This document shows positions 56,285 through 64,000 of a stretch of 64,000 bases of DNA, piece after piece. The DNA is from Octopus sinensis (Eukaryota). Both the position numbers and the translations under genes were made by a program. Where the stretch lies: positions 11,464-75,463 of the forward strand of contig NW_021833304.1 in NCBI RefSeq assembly GCF_006345805.1. Direction: 5' to 3'. Position 1 is the stretch's first letter, and each line of letters starts with the position of its first letter. Under the pieces are notes generated by a model. The model had not been told where the DNA came from. It ran no database searches and was given only the letters and a program-made list of their open reading frames with translations.

Positions 56285-56640
56285 ATTTATCTTTTACTTG
56301 TTTCAGTCACTCCTTTCCAGAATTTTTAGTCGAATGAATTGCCCCCCCCCCCCGAAGTTCATTTTCTTTAAGCCTGGTCCCGGTACTTACTCTATCCCGC
56401 TACCTTTGCCGAACCGCTAGATTACTGGGACATAAACAGGCCAACACCAGTTGTCAAGCGATCGCGGGAGGCAACACACACACACACACACACACATATA
56501 AGCATATACAGTTTTTGCCTACCAAATTCACTTACAAGGCTTTTGTCGACCCGAGGTCATAACAGAAGACATTTGCGCAAGGTGTCACTCAGGGAGACTG
56601 AACCCAGACCCTTGTGATTAGGAAGAAAATTTCTAACCCT
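56285..56640 (-). mobile_element. SINE family B; further fragments at 370-470(-), 7900-8110(-), 9060-9240(+), 15480-15640(+), 24125-24270(-), 40575-40650(+), 44145-44370(+)
   Basis: Shared head or tail motifs. Confidence 0.8.
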
Positions 56641-56983
56641 AAAACTAACCCTAAAACGAGAGTGAAAAAATTTGAAAGCCACGTTTCCGGTTTCTCCTCA
56701 TCTAAAGCATATATTGACAACTTGTAATAAAATTATATTTGGCTCAAACCGAACACCAAAATCTTTACTTGGTTCATTTGTATAAAATAACTAAACCATC
56801 CTAACAAACATTCTTTTATGCCTCAGGCCCGATTAGCTCAACTTACAACGACGAAGGAAAGGATGTATTCATTTCACCATTGTATTGATTTCTTACAATT
56901 CTAGTATTACCGCCGTTTTAATTCTCATTAGTAACATTTAGCACATAGGGAATGATGGAAATATTATAATACTGATACTGCTA

Positions 56984-56984
<1 letters not shown>

Positions 56985-57032
<48 letters not shown>

Positions 57033-57171
57033 TAATCATAAAAAGAAGATGAAGAAGAAGAAGGGGAAGAGGAAGAAGAAGGACAAGGAGAAGAAGAAAA
57101 AGAAAAAGAAGGCGACGACGACGAAGAAGAAAAAGAAGAAGAAGAAGAAGAAGAAGAAGAAGAAGAAGAAG

Positions 57172-57200
<29 letters not shown>
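56985..57200. repeat. (AAT)n followed by (AAG)n
   Basis: Direct reading. Confidence 0.95.
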
Positions 57201-57202
<2 letters not shown>

Positions 57203-57214
57203 TCAGTAATTTTG

Positions 57215-57375
57215 TTTCTTTAGGGTGGGAGTCGATTACATCGACCCCAGTGTTCAACTGGTACTTATTTTTTATCGGCCCCGACAGGATGAAAGGCAAA
57301 ATCAATCTAGGCGGAATTTGAACCCAAAGCGTAAAGATGGAGAAAATGCCGTTAACGAATATGCCACCTCACCGC
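57215..57375 (-). mobile_element. SINE family A; similar fragments at about 12500-12575, 38600-38720, 47335-47470 and 60630-60690
   Basis: gtcgattacatcgaccccagtg..ctggtactt motif. Confidence 0.8.
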
Positions 57376-57400
57376 CTTAGTAATAATAATAATAATAATA

Positions 57401-57455
<55 letters not shown>

Positions 57456-57744
57456 TATGATATTAAAATTAAATTAATGGTTCTAATACAGTGTATTATC
57501 TATACTACACAAAAGGTCAATTAAGCTAAATTATATGAGTTTAATGAAAAAATTAATTGTTCTTGTTCGCAATGTTTTCTACCCATAATTGGAGAAAAAT
57601 TTAATAACACATTTAAAGAATTGAGGCATTGTTAAAACAATTTGTCTATAGAATTTGGTGAAAAGGTAGAAATGGTATAAACAAGAAGGATATAGATTCT
57701 TGGAGCTTTGGCTTTTTTTTCCTTTGTATTTTGTTTTCATCGAA

Positions 57745-58335
57745 TAAATATATGCCAGAAATGCGAATACAAAAGATGTGGCAAGATGATACATTGAGAG
57801 CTCTGTGAAAATCACGGTCTACAAAGAGCAAAGACGTGGTATAAGAAAACTCCAGGAGTTAACGAAATGAAAACTGCAAACTCCTGTGGGATGCAATGAT
57901 CCAGTGAGATCACCAGACCGGACATCGGAAACGGACATTGTTTTGGTGAATAAAGAAGACTGAACGTGTATGATAATCAAAATAGCATGGCGCAGTGAAA
58001 AGATCAATGCAGAAGAAGAGGTAAAAATAAACAACGATGACGATTTCAAGTGGGAAATACGAAGGTTGTGGTCAATGAAGAGAGTAGACGTGACGCCAGT
58101 AGTAATTGTTGTATTTGGAAGTATCAGCATTCAATTACCAACATGGGTGAGAAAGATTGGTGCAAATGTGAAGGTAGAACATCTACAAAAATCAGCCTTG
58201 CTTGGAACTGGAAGATTTCTTTGCAGGGTTCTTGAAGTATGACCAACAAAACAAGCGTCACCTTAGTCTGCTGGATGTGGACAGCTGGCACTTTCCATCA
58301 TACCCAGCAAAATAAGCTGTGAGTTTTCATAAAAT
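57745..58335 (+). mobile_element. R4/Dong-clade non-LTR retrotransposon 3' fragment (restriction-like endonuclease)
   Basis: NCKLLWDAMIQ*DH..DIVLVNKED*TCMIIKIA..FKWEIRRLWSMKRVDVTPVVIVVFGSI..LQKSALLGTGRFLCRVL; stop at 58240-58242, short 3' UTR, then an (AAT)n tail. Confidence 0.85.
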
Positions 58336-58345
58336 AATAATAATG

Positions 58346-58409
<64 letters not shown>

Positions 58410-58612
58410 TAATAATAATAATAATAATAGCTTTTTCTTTTTTTAAACAAATGACTTTGCAAATGAACAACCTGGTTTGTTTACTTTAAGGACCTAACAA
58501 TGAATAGTGAGTTTCATTGTTCTAAGTGTTGGGAAGACACTCGGCAAGAAATGGAAACAAAATTGAAATAGGATAATAGTAATAATAATAATAATAATAA
58601 TAATATAATATA

Positions 58613-58657
<45 letters not shown>

Positions 58658-58713
58658 TAATAATGATAATAATAATAATAATAATATAATAATAATAATA
58701 ATAATAATAATAA

Positions 58714-59257
58714 ATGCCCTGATGCAGTACCAGGCAGTGGCTCTCATGGCTTCTGATCTTAACTGATTGGAAGTGTTGTCATGTACATCGTTTTGTCTTG
58801 GTATAAAAGATGGGCTACAGCAAATATTCTGCTCAATACCAAAAATTTGCCTGTCACTTGTTTGATCTTAACCAGATGAGTATGTCCAGTAGTGACTGAA
58901 GATGTGTGCACCTCTGATCACGAGCAGAAGTAGTGGGGAAACATCATAGCCATGTGTTGAGAGGGATTCTGTGGGATTTTAATAATTCACCTCTGGAAAC
59001 ATGGGCGTTTCGTTCAACGTCATTAAACAACCCTTATTCAGGGACCATTCGAGTGGGATGGGCTGCTCGACCTGATGGAAATTATAACTGGGCCCCCACC
59101 TGTAAGGTCATGCGCTGTTTATCTTGCTATGAGATTACCATGTCGTGCACATGTAGTCATGATGCATTGTGCCGAGTGTACCCTTATCAGACGGGTAGTC
59201 ATGATGGGTATACTGGGCTTCGTATATTTTACTACAGTGACACTTTGATGCCATGAC

Positions 59258-59258
<1 letters not shown>
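58714..59258. repeat. Unclassified ~545-bp interspersed-repeat-like element between (TAA)n and (TAC)n
   Basis: Complex, relatively GC-rich block with sharp microsatellite borders. It resembles an abundant octopus repeat from memory; not verified. Confidence 0.5.
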
Positions 59259-59294
<36 letters not shown>

Positions 59295-59332
59295 CTACTA
59301 CTACTACAACTACTACTACTAGTAGTAGTAGT

Positions 59333-59388
<56 letters not shown>

Positions 59389-59402
59389 CAGCAGCAGTAG
59401 TG

Positions 59403-59433
<31 letters not shown>

Positions 59434-59463
59434 AAGAAGAAGAAGAAGAAGAAGAAGAAGAAG

Positions 59464-59494
<31 letters not shown>

Positions 59495-59495
59495 G
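59258..59495. repeat. (TAC)n-(TAG/CAG)n-(GAA)n compound repeat
   Basis: Direct reading. Confidence 0.95.
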
Positions 59496-59830
59496 GACTG
59501 TGCTGAATAATATGTGACAATTATTGTATTTTGAACATCAATGGCAAGGAGGAAGTCCAACTGCGATTTTTCAATTGAGACGTTTACACAAAGTTTTTTC
59601 TTGTGATTTCCCATTGTGAAATAATCTTAATGCTCCTCCATTATTTCCGTTTGAGATATTAGAAAATCAGACAATAATATCATAATTTCTTTTCATAAAG
59701 ACTACAAGACAATAGTAACAATATTAATATATCCAAAACGCAGAATGAGGATGAAATTTCATTGGGAATTCGTCTATTGTTTATGCGGATGTCGCGTACT
59801 TGTGTGATTGCGTGAATATACATACATAGA

Positions 59831-59866
<36 letters not shown>

Positions 59867-60145
59867 TATATACATATATATATGTGTGTGTGTATGTGTG
59901 TTTTTGTGTGTGTGTATATGTGTATATATATGCATATATATATATTATACATGTACATATGTGTGCATATATAAATAGAGGGAGAGATACATACACATAT
60001 ATAGATATACATATAAATATCCATATAAATATCCATATATACATATGAATATATATATATATATATATACATGTATATATATGTATATATATATATTATA
60101 TATATATATATATACATACGTATATACATACATATATATATACAT

Positions 60146-60178
<33 letters not shown>

Positions 60179-60529
60179 ATGTACATACACATAGATATAT
60201 AAACGTGCATACACATGTAAATATGTACGCATGCGTATATATATCCATGCTTACCATGTTTACGCTAACGAAAGAAAAATGTGTTTGGTGCAGAAAAAGA
60301 AGAGTTCATTGTGATAAAAAAAAAAAACTTAGCCATGAAGTTTTTTCAAAGATCTATAGCACATGAGTTGCGTTACCACTTATTCAAAGCATCATTTTAT
60401 TTCTTATTCCGTTTTTGTAAACATGGACTTTTCTTTTCTCGGAAAATGTGGCAACACGACACTAGCTGTAAACAGCTCGAAACAATAACCAATCCGCCTA
60501 CCTAGTTGACACCATCTTTATCATTATTC

Positions 60530-60580
<51 letters not shown>

Positions 60581-60884
60581 TAGTTCTTGTTATTGATGTC
60601 GCTTTTGTGTTGTGTTTGTTAAAAATGTAATCTAGATCGACTTTGCCTTTCGTGTTTCCGGGCTCGATGAAATAAGAAACGGTAACAGCCCTTACTTTTT
60701 CAGCACCATCCGGAGTAATGGAGAGGTTCCAAGCAGTGCTCCGCCTTTACTGCAGCCCCTATTAATATTATTATTATTGTTGCTTTTGTTGTTGTTGTTA
60801 TTATTATTATTATTATCATTATTATTATTATTATTATTATTACTATTATTATTATTGCTATTGTTATTATTATTATTATTATTA

Positions 60885-60941
<57 letters not shown>

Positions 60942-60979
60942 TATTATCATTATTATTATTATTATTGTTGTTGTTGTTT

Positions 60980-61260
60980 GTTATAATTGTTATACATCAG
61001 CTGGAAAAGGAAAATTCCTAACTTTAGAATCCAAATAACCTTAGAGGCCAAGAACCTTCCTAAGTATCCTACCTGTCCCTAATAACAGCTGCACTAACCT
61101 AGGTTGCACGCCTCTTTCCTCTTACCATCCGTTCAAATCTTTAGGATAGTTCCTAAAGCACCTATAACTCCAGGAATCCATTTTACCTGCGCATTTCGTG
61201 GCCACCGTAACTCAACGGGTTCGACCTGCTGCTTTGCTCTTCCCTCTTTACCAATCGTTG
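60980..61260 (-). mobile_element. Second R4/Dong-clade 3' fragment
   Basis: Minus strand VKWIPGVIGALGTI..LLGTGRILRKVLGL* (stop at 61041-61043), followed on the minus strand by (AAT)n at 60770-60975. Confidence 0.8.
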
Positions 61261-62016
61261 CATGCGTGTTTGTTTGTAAACATTACACATTCACATAGAC
61301 TACGTAGCTTTTGCCTTTAAAGTGCAGTGAATATCTCTTTCTTGAGAACTTGGAATTAAATATTTGGATACACTGTCTCTTCATACGAAAAAACACACAC
61401 ACATACACATACATACATATATACATACATGCATACATACATAACATACATACGTACATACATACGTACATACATAAATATAGAAACACAGAGACACACA
61501 GAGACACACAGACACAGACACGCACGCCCAGAAGCACAAACAAACACACACACATCCGGGAAATAAATCTACTAATTTGGGCAGGTTGCCGAGGACAACA
61601 ATTACTTCACTTAATGAAGCAAATTTGCATGACCTGAGGCAGCAATTAACAACCACAACCATCTTACTATTGTGATCATCAGAGCTATACCTGTCTAACT
61701 GTCAAGTTTTCACAAATCTCATTATCGTTACATGGTTTAGCAGTTTGTTAATGCCGCCCACACTACGTCAATATGCCGGCGAAACTAAATACTTGCAATA
61801 GCAGAGGAACCCATGTGTGTTCGAGATTAATAGATGAGAAGCAATCTGTTAGATGTTGTGATCTGAGAACGATCTGTCCCTAAAGCCTTCTTCTTCCTAT
61901 TCAATGACAAGAAACCCACTCACTTGTTAAATTGTTGGGAAGGTTTAACGACATTTTGTTTTCAAGTCTTTTTTGTAAATGAGTATCTATCATACATATA
62001 TATACCATATATACTT

Positions 62017-62066
<50 letters not shown>

Positions 62067-62365
62067 TATATGTGTGTGGTATGTATGTATATATATATTA
62101 TATATATATCTATAGATATATGTGTGTGTGTATATATATGTATATATACATATATAATATACACATATATCTTATACATGTATATATAGATATATGTGTG
62201 TGTTGTATGTATATATATATATAATATATATATATATGTGATTATATATATGTACTATATATCTATATATATACATATATATATATTATATATATATATA
62301 TATCTATATATATATACATATAATATATATATATAATATATCTATATATATATATATATATATTA

Positions 62366-62405
<40 letters not shown>

Positions 62406-62428
62406 ATATATATATATTATATATATAT

Positions 62429-63250
62429 TAGGGTGGCCCTAAATTCCAATTTTCTAAAAGTTTAGCTAACACTCTCTATCTTGTGCAATTAACACAAACT
62501 AAAAATAAACAATTTATGCGAAATTTTAACTGAAGGTGACAGCTGGAAGGCGACCCTCATCGAAATTTTAAGTTTGCATCCGAAAAGTCATTTACTCAGA
62601 TAAAAAATTTTCATCCCTTATTTAATTTTCTATTAAAATAAAACTTATTCAGATTTATTCTTGGTATTAGAAGGATTAAGTAACAATAAATATAATGGAG
62701 AATGCAACTTGCAAAGCTGGAGACAGAGCGCAGATACAGGGCAAACACCTATTTTTCACCGTCATCCACTCGGCAGCCAGCCGTGAGCGAGTGAGGTTGT
62801 AAGTTGCCTTCGTCCAATTGAAAGAATTGTACTGCACCGAATGGTAGCGTAGTGGAATAAAAAACATTAAGAAATATACGTTAGTGATAAACAGTGAACA
62901 AATATGACTCGTCCGCGTTTGTAAATCTAATTTAATTTATTTGTAGTAACTTGTAAGCATTTTGTTGTGGGGGTTTTATGATATAGATCTCCCCCTGTTA
63001 TGTTGGTAGCTCTGACAAAGTTATAATACTATGTTTATAGCCTCTCTGTTTTTATAATGTTATGTGCTTTGTGTACTTATTTTGTGACGAAAGGAAAGTG
63101 CAGCCATAGGGATTCAAGAAGTTTACATTTTCTTTGGCAACAGACACGAATTCTTCCATGGTTGGTGTAGATCAAAAACAAAAACATAAGGAAGAAAGAG
63201 CAGTGATGCACACTTCAATGGAAACTGTCAGTTTTCTGAGTTAGAGACAA
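62429..63250 (+). mobile_element. Probable left end of a hAT (hATm-like) DNA transposon
   Basis: Abrupt start TAGGGTGGCCC right after (TA)n, followed by complex sequence; no second TIR seen. Confidence 0.4.
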
Positions 63251-63284
63251 ATATTTATATGTCTGTGACCTCGTGTGTACCGTT

Positions 63285-63465
63285 GGCGATTTTTTTCCTC
63301 TGTGTTCCATTCTCTAGATCTTTCCTTCTCCTATGTTTCCGACGAAGAGCTCCGCTTGAAACGTAAAACCCTCCTTTCTTTCTTTCCTGAGCGTCCAATA
63401 ATACTATATTTGTTCCACGTCCTCGCGTTGTTGTGTTTTTTTTGTGCTTCTTTCTTGTTTGGAAT

Positions 63466-63470
<5 letters not shown>
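63285..63470 (+). mobile_element. pLTR-like repeat, family 2
   Basis: Paralogue of 34030-34230. Confidence 0.6.
63335..63369 (+). ncRNA. Minimal hammerhead-like motif (family 2)
   Basis: gttt-CCGACGA-a-gagc(tcc)gctt-GAAA-cgTA-aaac; stem I GUUU/AAAC is perfect; ACGT palindrome at stem III. Confidence 0.6.
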
Positions 63471-63549
<79 letters not shown>

Positions 63550-63834
63550 ATACATACATACATATACATGTATACATATATGAATGTGTATATCGTTCTT
63601 AAAGCAGATAAATAGATTAAAGCCAAGTAAGCTGTGGTAGACGTCTCGAGATAGTATCCCCCGTGAATGTATAGAATATCGGTTATGGCGTTACAAAATA
63701 CAAACAAGTGCACAGTTATGTGCTCAGTTAATGGCAACCCTTGTCAGAAATGGATTGGTATTGAGTTTCTAGTTAAAATTTGGTGACTGCAAAAATGCTC
63801 GTTTGTCGTCATAATGTACGTATGCATATACATG

Positions 63835-63898
<64 letters not shown>

Positions 63899-64000
63899 AT
63901 ATTATATATTATATAGATATATATATATTTATACGCGAGAAAGAAGCACAAGAAATGGATAGGTTTTTAGTACGATCGTTTCATACAAGGACAGGTTTTA

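Noticed and set aside
61740-61900. QYAGETKY as a YADD-like RT motif
   Set aside because: Single weak motif without consistent flanking RT motifs.

Overview
AT-rich eukaryotic non-coding DNA, extremely dense in microsatellites. The SINE families and repeat landscape suggest an octopus (coleoid cephalopod) genome; this is inference. No recognisable host protein-coding exon was found: nearly all ORFs in the track are translated microsatellites and the rest are decayed transposon pieces. The window holds three tRNA-derived SINE families (about 30 copies or fragments). It also holds many degenerate non-LTR retrotransposon remnants (RTE, CR1/L2-group, R4/Dong, a Penelope-like RT, possibly CRE), Tc1/mariner remnants, a hATm-like end and a MITE-like hairpin. 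The most notable signal is a set of minimal hammerhead-ribozyme (HHR) motifs in three Penelope-like pseudo-LTR (pLTR) families. In one family, two loci (about 29.7-30.2 kb and 51.4-52.4 kb) share an architecture of inverted HHR-bearing arms plus a homologous ORF-start tail. The stem-III palindrome ACAGCTGT is replaced by ACAATTGT in one arm and stays self-complementary. Also notable: a SINE flanked by an approximately 170-bp direct duplication, and several inverted-repeat dsRNA candidates. All protein similarities were judged by eye, not by database search.
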